Below are positions 1 to 8,320 of a stretch of DNA of 64,000 nucleotides, in pieces (position 1 is the stretch's first letter; each line of letters opens with the position of its first letter). Where the stretch lies: NCBI GenBank assembly GCA_050260055.1, contig JBLNBO010000022.1, positions 131,207 through 195,206 of the forward strand, written 5' to 3'. The notes below the pieces were generated by a model that did no database searches, was not told the DNA's origin, and worked only from the letters and a program-made list of their open reading frames with translations. A program made the translations under genes and the position numbers. Source of the stretch: Ignavibacteriales bacterium. Its GTDB lineage: Bacteria; Bacillota; Clostridia; Acetivibrionales; UBA4821.

Positions 1-498
1 ATGGCAGGTGTTATTCCAATAATATTTGCAATGTCAATAATGATGTTCCCAGCTACAATTATGAGATTTGCGAACCCTAACCCAACAGGATTTTGGCTCT
101 GGGTATCAAATAACATATTCTCACCTAGCAGCGCAGTATATGCACTTTTTAATGCGCTATTAATAGTAGGTTTTACATTCTTCTATACATTCGTAATATT
201 CAATCATGTTGAAATAGCAAACAATCTTAAGAAGAATGGCGGTTTTATACCGGGAATTAGATCTGGGAAGCCAACTGCAGATTATATAAAGAATGTGCTA
301 AATAGAGTCACTATTTTCGGAGGATTATTCTTGGCAATGATTTCAGTACTGCCATATTTAATCCAATGGGTTACTCCTTTCGGAAATATTTACTTTGGAG
401 GTACAGCTCTATTGATTGTTGTTGGTGTTGCTATGGACACAGTAAAACAGCTTGAGTCACAGATGCTTATGAGACATTATAAAGGTTTTTTAGAATAA
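1..498 (+). CDS. secY: Preprotein translocase subunit SecY, C-terminal part (5' end outside window)
   Basis: Frame open from base 1. Multi-TM hydrophobic sequence ending ...QMLMRHYKGFLE. Sits directly upstream of adk-map-infA, as at the end of the spc operon. Confidence 0.9.
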   Translation: MAGVIPIIFAMSIMMFPATIMRFANPNPTGFWLWVSNNIFSPSSAVYALFNALLIVGFTFFYTFVIFNHVEIANNLKKNGGFIPGIRSGKPTADYIKNVLNRVTIFGGLFLAMISVLPYLIQWVTPFGNIYFGGTALLIVVGVAMDTVKQLESQMLMRHYKGFLE

Positions 499-524
499 AA
501 TAATGTTCAAGGGGGCAGAGGTGT

Positions 525-1175
525 ATGAGGTTAATAATATTAGGTATACCTGGAGCCGGTAAAGGCACTCAAGCCGATAGAATTTCTCAAAGATTAGGCA
601 TACCTCATATCTCAACTGGTGATATATTTAGACAGAATATTAGTCAAGGGACTGAGCTTGGAAAGATTGCTAAAGAATATATGGATGCTGGAAAGCTGGT
701 TCCTGATGAAATAACAATTGGGATTGTCGCAAATAGAATTGAGCAGAGTGATTGTAAAAACGGGTTTATATTTGACGGATTTCCAAGAACGATACCTCAA
801 GCAGAATCACTTGGGGAAAAGCTGGCGGATATGGGCCTGAAAATTGATACTGTTCTGGATATTGAACTTGCGGATGAAAAAGTGCTTGAAAGAATGACAG
901 GAAGAAGAGTATGCAGTAAATGTAAAGCAACTTATCATATTAAGTACAACCCATCAAAAATGGATAGTATTTGCGATTTATGTGGTGGTTCTCTGATTCA
1001 ACGAGATGATGATAAAGAAGAAACAGTAGCAAAAAGAATTGAAGTTTATCATATGCAAACTGAGCCTTTGATTAGATTCTATAAAGAAAAAAATCTTCTT
1101 AAGGAAGTCGAAGGCGAGGGGGATGTAGAAAGTATTACTAAAAAAATATTTGAAGTCCTTACAGTAAGTGTATAG
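525..1175 (+). CDS. adk: Adenylate kinase
   Basis: P-loop [10 protein letters not shown], zinc-lid CSKC...CDLCGG, conserved position after secY. RBS GGGGGCAGAGG upstream. Confidence 0.95.
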   Translation: MRLIILGIPGAGKGTQADRISQRLGIPHISTGDIFRQNISQGTELGKIAKEYMDAGKLVPDEITIGIVANRIEQSDCKNGFIFDGFPRTIPQAESLGEKLADMGLKIDTVLDIELADEKVLERMTGRRVCSKCKATYHIKYNPSKMDSICDLCGGSLIQRDDDKEETVAKRIEVYHMQTEPLIRFYKEKNLLKEVEGEGDVESITKKIFEVLTVSV

Positions 1176-1231
1176 CTGCTCTTTTAATGCTAAAGAGGCA
1201 AGCTGATTACTTTGGGAGTTTGGGGGGAAAA

Positions 1232-1993
1232 ATGATTTCAGTGAAGTCAGCCAGAGAAATTGAACTAATGAGAATGGCTGGAAGAATTGTTGCTTTGGCG
1301 CATGAAGAGGTTAAAAAATTCATAAAGCCGGGAATAACCACACTGGAATTAGATGAAATTGCTGAAAAGGTAATTCTTTCAAATGGTGCAACTCCATCCT
1401 TTAAAGGCCAAGAGGGGATAAATCATAGTATTTATCCGGCAGCAATATGTGCATCAATTAATGATGAGGTTGTACATGGAATACCTGGAAATAGAACCCT
1501 CAAAGAAGGCGATATAATTAGTATTGATATTGGAGCATGTTATGAAGGCTATCATGGAGATTCTGCAATGACGCATCCTGTAGGAAAAGTAACTGATAAA
1601 GCGCTTAGCCTAATAAAGGTTACCGAGCAGAGTTTCTTTGAAGGCATAAAATATGCAAGAACAGGTAATAGGCTTACTGATATCTCAAATGCAGTACAAA
1701 TATACGTAGAAAGCAATGGATATTCTGTTGTAAGAGATTTTGTTGGTCACGGGGTAGGCAGAGAACTTCAGGAAGAACCTCAAATACCGAACTTTGGCAG
1801 ACCGGGTTATGGTCCAAGGCTTGTTGAAGGTATGACGCTAGCAATTGAACCAATGGTTAATATAGGTAATTATCCAGTAAAAATATTATCAAACAATTGG
1901 ACAGTTGTTACAGCAGACGGAAGCTTATCAGCGCATTATGAAAACACAATATTAATTACCCAGGGAAATCCAGAAATACTTACAAAGTTATAA
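1232..1993 (+). CDS. map: Type I methionine aminopeptidase
   Basis: [14 protein letters not shown]... with the metal-ligand context (DIGA, HGVG, EPM, ENT) typical of MetAP. The ORF track starts at 1187, but the ATG at 1232 is preceded by a GGGGGG RBS. Confidence 0.9.
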   Translation: MISVKSAREIELMRMAGRIVALAHEEVKKFIKPGITTLELDEIAEKVILSNGATPSFKGQEGINHSIYPAAICASINDEVVHGIPGNRTLKEGDIISIDIGACYEGYHGDSAMTHPVGKVTDKALSLIKVTEQSFFEGIKYARTGNRLTDISNAVQIYVESNGYSVVRDFVGHGVGRELQEEPQIPNFGRPGYGPRLVEGMTLAIEPMVNIGNYPVKILSNNWTVVTADGSLSAHYENTILITQGNPEILTKL

Positions 1994-2100
1994 AAAAACA
2001 TCTTGAAGATTCCGGAAAAATAGTATAAAATAAATTGTTCAATTTTATACTGATTGTTAAATAAAAAAATAGGTTGTTTTAATGAGGTGATTCTAAGATA

Positions 2101-2373
2101 ATGGAACTCGGTCAGATTGTTCTGTCCAAGTGCGGTAGAGATAAGAAGAAGTATTTTTTTGTTGTTTTAGTAGATAAATCAAAAGAATATGTATTCATTG
2201 CAGATGGCGATTTGAGAAAGATTGAAAAGCCGAAAAAGAAAAAACTTAAGCACCTGGTTCCTTTATATATGGACGAAACCGTAAAAGAGAAGCTTCAAAT
2301 TGGTTCAAAGATTACTAATGCTGAACTGAAGAAACATATAAAAATATACCTCGAAAGTACAGAACAAGGTTAG
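2101..2373 (+). CDS. KOW-domain RNA-binding protein (conserved small gene between map and infA in Clostridia)
   Basis: N-terminal GQIVLSKCGRDKKKYFFVV KOW-like motif, lysine-rich. Position between map and infA. Confidence 0.7.
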   Translation: MELGQIVLSKCGRDKKKYFFVVLVDKSKEYVFIADGDLRKIEKPKKKKLKHLVPLYMDETVKEKLQIGSKITNAELKKHIKIYLESTEQG

Positions 2374-2406
2374 GTCTTGTATCGGAAAATGAGGGAGGGT
2401 GATACA

Positions 2407-2625
2407 ATGGCAAAAGAAGATATTATTGAAGTAGAGGGAACTGTAGTTGAAGCGCTTCCAAACGCTTTATTTCAGGTTGAACTAGAAAATGGTCATAAAA
2501 TTTTAGCTCATATTTCCGGAAAATTAAGGATGAATTTTATAAGGATTCTTCCCGGAGATAAAGTTACCCTTGAGTTATCCCCATATGATCTCACGCGCGG
2601 TAGGATAACATGGAGAGCGAAATAA
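2407..2625 (+). CDS. infA: Translation initiation factor IF-1
   Basis: [30 protein letters not shown]...RITWR is near-canonical IF-1. The ATG at 2407 follows a GAGGGAGG RBS; the ORF track start at 2377 is probably too long. Confidence 0.95.
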   Translation: MAKEDIIEVEGTVVEALPNALFQVELENGHKILAHISGKLRMNFIRILPGDKVTLELSPYDLTRGRITWRAK

Positions 2626-2661
2626 TAATTGATAATATTTGCTGGGGGCTGAATAATATCC

Positions 2662-2735
2662 CTGTTCTGCGTGCTGAGTGCTGTGTACTGAGAAAAAATA
2701 AAATCTCAGAACCCAGAACCGAGTACACAGAACAG
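2662..2735 (+). other. Long imperfect hairpin in the enlarged infA-rpmJ spacer
   Basis: Left arm 2662-2693 (CTGTTCTGCGTGCTGAGTGCTGTGTACTGAGA), A-rich loop 2694-2703, right arm 2704-2735 (TCTCAGAACCCAGAACCGAGTACACAGAACAG). By hand alignment about 24 of 32 positions are Watson-Crick complementary. Both arms have 7-nt phasing (NNGTNCT / ACNCAGA). Confidence 0.6.
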
Positions 2736-2791
2736 TAGTTAATCAGAGAACTCAGGACTTATGAATCTTAGTGAAAGGAATGAGGATTAAA

Positions 2792-2905
2792 ATGAAAGTT
2801 AGACCATCAGTAAAAGCAATATGTGAAAAATGCAAATTCATTAGGAGAAAAGGCAGACTAAGAGTAATCTGCGAAAATCCTAAACACAAACAAAGGCAAG
2901 GCTAA
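2792..2905 (+). CDS. rpmJ: 50S ribosomal protein L36 (not in ORF track because under 60 aa)
   Basis: Hand translation gives [50 protein letters not shown] upstream. Conserved position between infA and rpsM. Confidence 0.95.
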   Translation: MKVRPSVKAICEKCKFIRRKGRLRVICENPKHKQRQG

Positions 2906-2909
2906 TAGC

Positions 2910-2938
2910 AGTTGATAGTTGACAGTGACCAGTTGACA
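2910..2938 (+). repeat. Four phased heptamers AGTTGAT AGTTGAC AGTGACC AGTTGAC, starting 5 nt after the rpmJ stop codon
   Basis: Read directly from the sequence. Strict 7-nt period with an AGT at each unit start. Confidence 0.7.
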
Positions 2939-3077
2939 TTTAATTAGGTAGGTCTCTGCAAGAAAAGTGAAAATAAGCTGATTATAGGTGCGGCTGATGA
3001 TTTGCACATTTCAAATACTGTGAATCATTGCTTATAACAGTTTATATATAAAATAACAATGTATCCGCATATTGGCC

Positions 3078-3103
3078 TTATTGACCTCCCTCGTGGTCAA
3101 TAA
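3078..3103 (+). promoter_or_regulatory. Perfect 9-bp hairpin with a CCUCC-containing loop, about 25 nt upstream of the rpsM Shine-Dalgarno
   Basis: TTATTGACC (3078-3086) / GGTCAATAA (3095-3103), loop TCCCTCGT. With the flanking stem C at 3086 the loop region reads CCTCCC, which is complementary to the rpsM SD GGAGG (3128-3132). Confidence 0.45.
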
Positions 3104-3143
3104 ATGGAGATTTTAAAGAGAATTTTAGGAGGTGTTTCAAGAA

Positions 3144-3512
3144 ATGGCTCGTATTTCGGGAGTTGATTTGCCGAGAGAAAAAAGGGTCGAAATAGGTCTT
3201 ACCTATATTTTTGGTATTGGCCGAACAGTATCAAATGAAATTTTAAAAGCTACAGGAGTTAATCCTGATACACGCGTTAAAGATCTTACAGATGCTGAAA
3301 TTAGCAAACTTAGAGAGTATATTGATAAGAATTGTAAGGTAGAAGGAGACCTCAGAAGAGAAGTATCCTTAAACATAAAAAGACTTATGGAAATTGGATG
3401 CTATAGAGGTTTAAGGCATAGAAAAGGCCTTCCAGTAAGAGGACAGAGAACTAAGACTAATGCTAGGACAAGAAAAGGGCCTAAGAAGATTGCCGGTGCT
3501 AAAAAGAAATAG
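3144..3512 (+). CDS. rpsM: 30S ribosomal protein S13
   Basis: [26 protein letters not shown]... is canonical S13. ATG at 3144 after a GGAGG RBS; the ORF track GTG at 3132 overlaps the RBS. Confidence 0.95.
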   Translation: MARISGVDLPREKRVEIGLTYIFGIGRTVSNEILKATGVNPDTRVKDLTDAEISKLREYIDKNCKVEGDLRREVSLNIKRLMEIGCYRGLRHRKGLPVRGQRTKTNARTRKGPKKIAGAKKK

Positions 3513-3527
3513 GAGGTAGGTAGATAA

Positions 3528-3932
3528 ATGGCTACAAAGGCTTCTAGTGCTAAGAAGACCACAAGAAAAAGAAGAGAACGCAAAAATATTGAACGCGGTG
3601 CGGCTCATATACAATCAACATTTAATAATACAATTGTGAGTATTACCGACACAGCTGGGAATGTACTTTCATGGGCTAGTGCCGGAGGACTCGGATTTAA
3701 GGGCTCAAGGAAAAGCACTCCTTTTGCGGCTCAGATGGCTGCTGAAACAGCTACAAAGACTGCTATGGAACATGGTCTAAAGACAGTTGAAGTTTACGTT
3801 AAGGGACCTGGTTCAGGAAGAGAAGCAGCGATTCGTGCTCTTCAAGCGGCTGGTTTGGAAGTAAGCCTTATTAAGGATGTTACTCCAATACCGCACAATG
3901 GTTGCAGACCACCGAAAAGAAGAAGGGTGTAA
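3528..3932 (+). CDS. rpsK: 30S ribosomal protein S11
   Basis: ...[22 protein letters not shown]...[14 protein letters not shown]... is canonical S11. Confidence 0.95.
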   Translation: MATKASSAKKTTRKRRERKNIERGAAHIQSTFNNTIVSITDTAGNVLSWASAGGLGFKGSRKSTPFAAQMAAETATKTAMEHGLKTVEVYVKGPGSGREAAIRALQAAGLEVSLIKDVTPIPHNGCRPPKRRRV

Positions 3933-3935
3933 GCA

Positions 3936-3970
3936 AGTTTACAATGTAAAGTTGACAGTGTAAAGTTAAA
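3936..3970 (+). repeat. Five phased heptamers AGTTTAC AATGTAA AGTTGAC AGTGTAA AGTTAAA, starting 4 nt after the rpsK stop
   Basis: Read directly. Later AGTT occurrences at 4013 and 4027 keep the same 7-nt phase. AGTTGACAGT (3950-3959) is the exact reverse complement of ACTGTCAACT (4076-4085). Confidence 0.7.
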
Positions 3971-4109
3971 AAAACTTACACCTACAACTAAAAATGTAAA
4001 CTCCAAATCCAAAGTTAACAATGAGCAGTTGAAATTAAAAATTATTTATTGATAATCTTTAATATTTGGTTTTTAACTGTCAACTGAAATTATGGAGGTG
4101 TAAATATAG

Positions 4110-4736
4110 ATGGCAAGATATACGGGAGCTTCGTGCAAGCTTTGCCGTCGCGAAGGCGAGAAGCTTTTTCTTAAAGGCGAAAGATGCTATACGGAAAAGT
4201 GTGGAGTAACGAAGAGACAGTACGCGCCTGGACAGCATGGTCAGGCAAAGAAGAAACTTTCCGAATACGGTATACAGCTTAGAGAAAAACAAAAAGCCAA
4301 GAAATTTTATGGAGTATTAGAGAGCCAATTCAGAAAGTATTTTGAGATGGCATCAACAGCAAAGGGTATCACAGGTGAAAATCTTCTCAAGCTTCTTGAA
4401 ACAAGGCTCGATAATATCGTTTACAGATTAGGATTTGCTAGATCTAGAGCAGAAGCAAGACAGTTAGTAACACACGGACATTTTTCTGTAAATGAAAAGA
4501 AGGTTAATATACCTTCGTATCTGGTAAAAGCGCAAGATGTAATTGCTGTAAGAGAAGGAAGCAAGGATGATGAAATGTTCAAAGAAATCCTTGAAGTAAC
4601 CGGAAGCAAGGTAGTTCCAAAATGGCTTGAAACAGATCAGGAAAAGCTCAAAGGAACAGTTTTAGCTGCTCCGACTAGAGAAGATATTGATTTACAGGTT
4701 GAAGAACATCTGATAGTTGAGCTATACTCCAAATAA
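4110..4736 (+). CDS. rpsD: 30S ribosomal protein S4
   Basis: [26 protein letters not shown]... is canonical S4 with the zinc-ribbon-like N-terminus. GGAGG RBS. Confidence 0.95.
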   Translation: MARYTGASCKLCRREGEKLFLKGERCYTEKCGVTKRQYAPGQHGQAKKKLSEYGIQLREKQKAKKFYGVLESQFRKYFEMASTAKGITGENLLKLLETRLDNIVYRLGFARSRAEARQLVTHGHFSVNEKKVNIPSYLVKAQDVIAVREGSKDDEMFKEILEVTGSKVVPKWLETDQEKLKGTVLAAPTREDIDLQVEEHLIVELYSK

Positions 4737-4771
4737 TAAATTAGTTGCTTTCATATTGTTGATAAGCAATT

Positions 4772-4830
4772 CAGTTTACAGAGAGAGATGTTGACTCTAA
4801 ATATAGATTATTACTGTCAACTGTAAACTG
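4772..4830 (+). other. Composite hairpin in the rpsD-rpoA spacer
   Basis: CAGTTTACA (4772-4780) pairs with TGTAAACTG (4822-4830). The inner stem is GTTGAC (4790-4795) with GTCAAC (4816-4821). A 9-nt internal loop lies on the 5' side. Confidence 0.55.
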
Positions 4831-4847
4831 TTAACTGTAAACTATAA
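4813..4847 (+). repeat. Five phased heptamers ACTGTCA ACTGTAA ACTGTTA ACTGTAA ACTATAA, ending 2 nt before the rpoA GGGAGG RBS
   Basis: Read directly. This is the reverse-complement flavour of the AGTNNAN arrays found after stop codons. Confidence 0.75.
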
Positions 4848-4858
4848 ATGGGAGGTTA

Positions 4859-5809
4859 ATGATGATAGAAATAGAAAAACCCAAGATAGAGTGTGTTGAA
4901 ATAGCGCCGGATAATTCGTTCGGAAGATTTACCATAGAACCTTTAGAAAGAGGATATGGGACAACGCTAGGAAACTCGTTAAGAAGGATTCTCCTTTCAT
5001 CACTACCTGGAGCAGCTGTAACATCAGTGAAGATTGATGGTGTACTACATGAATTTTCCACAATAAACGGAGTTGTTGAAGATGTTACCGAGATTATTCT
5101 TAATGTTAAAGGTATTGCTTTGAAGCTTCATTCAGAAGGAGCAAAGACACTTTATATTGAGAAGAACGGTGAAGGAGAGGTAACAGCTGGGGATATTAAG
5201 GAAGATCCTGATGTTGAAATTCTAAATCCTGAGCTCCATATTGCAACATTAGCTAATAATGCTAAATTCTATATGGAGTTGAATATTTCCAAAGGCAGAG
5301 GATATGTTCTTGCTGATAAGAATAAGAATAATGCCAATCCAATAGGTGTTATACCAGTTGATTCTTTATATACACCTATAAGAAAGGTAAACTTTATTGT
5401 AGAAAACACCCGTGTAGGACAGGTTACTGACTATGATAAGCTTACAATTGATGCTTGGACAAATGGAAGTATTACTCCTTATGAAGCACTTAGTTTAGGG
5501 GCAAAGATAATGAGTGAGCACTTGAAATTATTCATTGATTTATCAGACAATGCTCGTAATACTGAGATAATGGTTGAGAAGGAAGAAACCAAAAAAGAAA
5601 AAGTTCTTGAGATGACAATTGAGGAACTTGATCTTTCAGTTAGATCCTACAACTGCTTGAAGAGAGCAGGTATAAATACAGTTGAGGACCTTATTGCAAG
5701 AACTGAAGAAGATATGATGAAGGTAAGAAATCTTGGAAGAAAGTCACTTGAAGAAGTAGTTCAAAAGTTAGAGGCACTGGGACTTTCACTTGCTCCCAGC
5801 GAAGATTGA
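4859..5809 (+). CDS. rpoA: DNA-directed RNA polymerase subunit alpha
   Basis: [11 protein letters not shown]...[28 protein letters not shown]... is canonical RpoA with the C-terminal domain ([16 protein letters not shown]). The start may be the second ATG at 4862. Confidence 0.95.
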   Translation: MMIEIEKPKIECVEIAPDNSFGRFTIEPLERGYGTTLGNSLRRILLSSLPGAAVTSVKIDGVLHEFSTINGVVEDVTEIILNVKGIALKLHSEGAKTLYIEKNGEGEVTAGDIKEDPDVEILNPELHIATLANNAKFYMELNISKGRGYVLADKNKNNANPIGVIPVDSLYTPIRKVNFIVENTRVGQVTDYDKLTIDAWTNGSITPYEALSLGAKIMSEHLKLFIDLSDNARNTEIMVEKEETKKEKVLEMTIEELDLSVRSYNCLKRAGINTVEDLIARTEEDMMKVRNLGRKSLEEVVQKLEALGLSLAPSED

Positions 5810-5833
5810 TTGGTTTTCAGGAGGTGAAGTAAT

Positions 5834-6358
5834 ATGACAGGTACAAGAAAGCTTGGCCGTACAACGGCACAAAGAAATGCTATGTTAAGAGGTCTTGTAA
5901 CAGCTTTGTTCCAAAGCGGACGTATCAAGACAACTGAAGCAAGAGCAAAAGAAGCTAGAGTGATAGCTGAAAAGCTTATAACCATTGCTATAAAAGAAAG
6001 AGACAACGTAACAAGTGCTACAAAATGGGTTAGCAGACCAAAACTTGATAGTAAAGGTCGCAAAATTACAACCACTGTTACAAGCAAAAATGGCAAAAAG
6101 TATTTAAAAGTTGAGAGAGAAAAGGTTCAAGAAATGGTAACCTTGGATGCTCCTTCAAAGCTAGCTGCAAGAAGACAGATTATGTCCTATGTATACAAAG
6201 TAAAAGATGCAGATGGAAAGAATATTGATCTTCCAAAGAAGCTTTTTGAAGATATGGCTTTAAAGTACAAGGATAGAAATGGTGGCTATACAAGGATTCT
6301 TAAGCTTGGCCCAAGAAGAGGGGACGGAGCAGAAGAAGTAATACTTGAATTGGTATAA
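5834..6358 (+). CDS. rplQ: 50S ribosomal protein L17 (long form with an internal insertion)
   Basis: N-terminal [21 protein letters not shown]...[11 protein letters not shown] and C-terminal [25 protein letters not shown] are canonical L17. About 55 extra residues lie between them. Confidence 0.9.
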   Translation: MTGTRKLGRTTAQRNAMLRGLVTALFQSGRIKTTEARAKEARVIAEKLITIAIKERDNVTSATKWVSRPKLDSKGRKITTTVTSKNGKKYLKVEREKVQEMVTLDAPSKLAARRQIMSYVYKVKDADGKNIDLPKKLFEDMALKYKDRNGGYTRILKLGPRRGDGAEEVILELV

Positions 6359-6373
6359 TAATTCTAATAAAAT

Positions 6374-6407
6374 AAAAAGGAACCTGAAGGTTCCTTTTTA
6401 TTTTATT
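6374..6407 (+). terminator. Rho-independent terminator after rplQ
   Basis: AAAAAGGAACC-TGAA-GGTTCCTTTTT followed by a T-rich tract. Confidence 0.8.
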
Positions 6408-6489
6408 AGAATTATTATATGGGCAAAAAGATTAAAACAAATTTCCTTACAAAAATTGTTATTAATCTTAAATTTTATTGGAGAAACGT

Positions 6490-7239
6490 ATGGAGAAAAG
6501 CAACAGAAATATCAAATTAATAATTGAATATGATGGAACAGATTATCATGGGTGGCAGAGGCAGCCAAACCGGATTAGCATCCAGGAAGTTCTTGAAAAT
6601 ACATTAAGCCAGGTTCTTGAACATGAGGTTTCAATTATATCAGCCGGAAGAACTGATGCAGGAGTTCATGCACTTGGACAATGTGCAAATTTTAAGACTG
6701 ACTGCAGAATACCTGCTGAGAAAATACCTTACGCGCTTAATGCATTATTGCCTGATGATATTGTTATTAAGCATGCGTGTGAAGTCTCTGCTGATTTTCA
6801 TGCCCGATTTTCTGTAAAGGGTAAATACTATAAATATATAATCAATAATGGAAGATTCCCCTCTGCGATAGATGCAAAACGAGAATATTTTTGTCCATAC
6901 AGGTTAAATATTGATTTGATGAAAGAAGCATTGGAACAATTACTTGGCACCCATGATTTCAAAGGATTTATGGCATCCGGATGTGCAGTAAAAAACACAG
7001 TTAAGACTATCTATGAAGCAGGATTAGAAGTAAAAGACGATAAGATTACGATTGGTTTGAAGGCAGATGGATTTCTTTACAATATGGTAAGAATAATTGC
7101 TGGAACGCTTATTGATGTAGGAAGAGGAAGAATTCCTATTGAGAATGTAAAAAAAGCATTGGAGACAGGCGAAAGGAGTCTTGCTGGCAAAACAGTTCAG
7201 CCTCAAGGATTGTATTTGGTTGAAGTGTATTACATATAA
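6490..7239 (+). CDS. truA: tRNA pseudouridine(38-40) synthase TruA
   Basis: IEYDGTDYHGWQRQ and GRTDAGVHA catalytic motif. ATG at 6490 after a GGAGA RBS; the ORF track TTG at 6478 is less likely. Confidence 0.9.
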   Translation: MEKSNRNIKLIIEYDGTDYHGWQRQPNRISIQEVLENTLSQVLEHEVSIISAGRTDAGVHALGQCANFKTDCRIPAEKIPYALNALLPDDIVIKHACEVSADFHARFSVKGKYYKYIINNGRFPSAIDAKREYFCPYRLNIDLMKEALEQLLGTHDFKGFMASGCAVKNTVKTIYEAGLEVKDDKITIGLKADGFLYNMVRIIAGTLIDVGRGRIPIENVKKALETGERSLAGKTVQPQGLYLVEVYYI

Positions 7240-7284
7240 TATTGAATTTCTTCATAAACTTTAAATAAAAAAGAAGGAATTCAT

Positions 7285-7920
7285 GTGAAAAAACTTACAA
7301 TAATCATATCAATAATCTTAATCGTTCTTTGTGCATGTGCATTAAAAAACAGCAATTTGCAGCGTTCTGCTGCTGGGCAGCAATTTATGACCAATGAACA
7401 GATTAAGTCAGAAATATCACAGGAAACAAGAATCCCAATAGATAAAATTGTTGATAAGTATATATGGTTTCAATATGCAGATATTGACGAGGATTCAGAA
7501 TTTGAGCTTTTATTGAGTTATAGGTTTGAACTTCATAAAGGTTATTATTTAATATTTGATTATAAAAATGGAAAATATACTAATATATTTTTACGGCCAT
7601 GGCCTATTGAGAAGATGAGCCAAAAAGAAGTAGTATATGCCAGCGGAAATGATGTTGTTCATACACTAACTGCAAATATACTTCAAATCCAAAAAGAGAA
7701 AGTTAATATAATATGGAGTGGAATTTATGATAAATATGACTATTCTAAATTAACTAATGGACTTGAAACTCATGGAAGATATTACATTGATACTAATGGC
7801 GTCCTAAATTATTTTTATAAAGTAGATGCAACTGATTATAATGGCATTCCTGTAAAAACCGAATATAAAAGCGAAAGATATTACTGGAATGCAAATAAAA
7901 ACATGTTTATTAAACAGTAG
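7285..7920 (+). CDS. Hypothetical lipoprotein
   Basis: GTG start after a GAAGGA RBS. Signal peptide with a lipobox-like LCAC. No family recognised. Confidence 0.6.
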   Translation: MKKLTIIISIILIVLCACALKNSNLQRSAAGQQFMTNEQIKSEISQETRIPIDKIVDKYIWFQYADIDEDSEFELLLSYRFELHKGYYLIFDYKNGKYTNIFLRPWPIEKMSQKEVVYASGNDVVHTLTANILQIQKEKVNIIWSGIYDKYDYSKLTNGLETHGRYYIDTNGVLNYFYKVDATDYNGIPVKTEYKSERYYWNANKNMFIKQ

Positions 7921-7923
7921 GCC

Positions 7924-8172
7924 TTATTCTTTACGAATATTCCTTTGTAAATATTCAAAATCATAAATGTTGCTGACAAGAAGTTTCCAATCTACTTTGT
8001 TGAATACCTTTATTACAGAATCAGGGTAAAAAATCTCTTCACATTCCTCACAATAAAATATCGGGACATTATTAATAGTATACAGCTTATTATTTATAGA
8101 TTTTTTTATTGATTTTAATTGAAGCTTGGTCTGATTCTGACAATAAAAGCATGAACAGGGTTTGTAAGTCAA
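7924..8172 (-). CDS. Small zinc-finger protein, YokU-like architecture (two CxxC pairs)
   Basis: CFYC ... CEEC pairs in an 82-aa protein. Assignment to the YokU-like family is from memory of its architecture only. Confidence 0.45.
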   Translation of the reverse strand: MTYKPCSCFYCQNQTKLQLKSIKKSINNKLYTINNVPIFYCEECEEIFYPDSVIKVFNKVDWKLLVSNIYDFEYLQRNIRKE

Positions 8173-8272
8173 AATTATTCACCTCATAATAAAATTATTA
8201 ATAATTATATATTGATTTTAGCTGTAAAATCGACATTTTACAACATGAAAATTTCTGAAATATTAAAAATAA

Positions 8273-8318
8273 ACAAAAAAAATGTAGGTTCTTCTTTAAG
8301 AAGAACCTACATTTTTTA
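8273..8318 (-). terminator. Strong bidirectional terminator hairpin (14-bp perfect stem)
   Basis: AATGTAGGTTCTTC-TTTAA-GAAGAACCTACATT, flanked by an A-run and a T-run. Lies just downstream of the minus-strand gene ending at 8321. Confidence 0.85.
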
Positions 8319-8320
8319 AA

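Noticed and set aside
2022-2051. Perfect 10-bp inverted repeat AGTATAAAAT-N10-ATTTTATACT after map
   Set aside because: The stem is almost all A-U pairs (one G-C) with no T-tract. It is likely too weak to matter and could arise by chance in AT-rich spacer DNA. Noted but not called as a terminator.
2910-4847. Heptad arrays as CRISPR or as promoter (-35 TTGACA) clusters
   Set aside because: The units are 7 nt with no spacers, so they are not CRISPR. The TTGACA hexamers within them have no acceptable -10 box 16-18 nt downstream (checked at 2933, 3952, 22590, 46848).
6345-6527. 60-aa ORF spanning the rplQ terminator and the truA start
   Set aside because: It runs through a clear intrinsic terminator and the truA RBS, so coding is implausible.
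7924-8172. YokU-like zinc-finger gene as half of a toxin-antitoxin pair
   Set aside because: No adjacent co-oriented small partner gene exists. The neighbours are a convergent lipoprotein gene and a terminator-separated membrane-protein gene.
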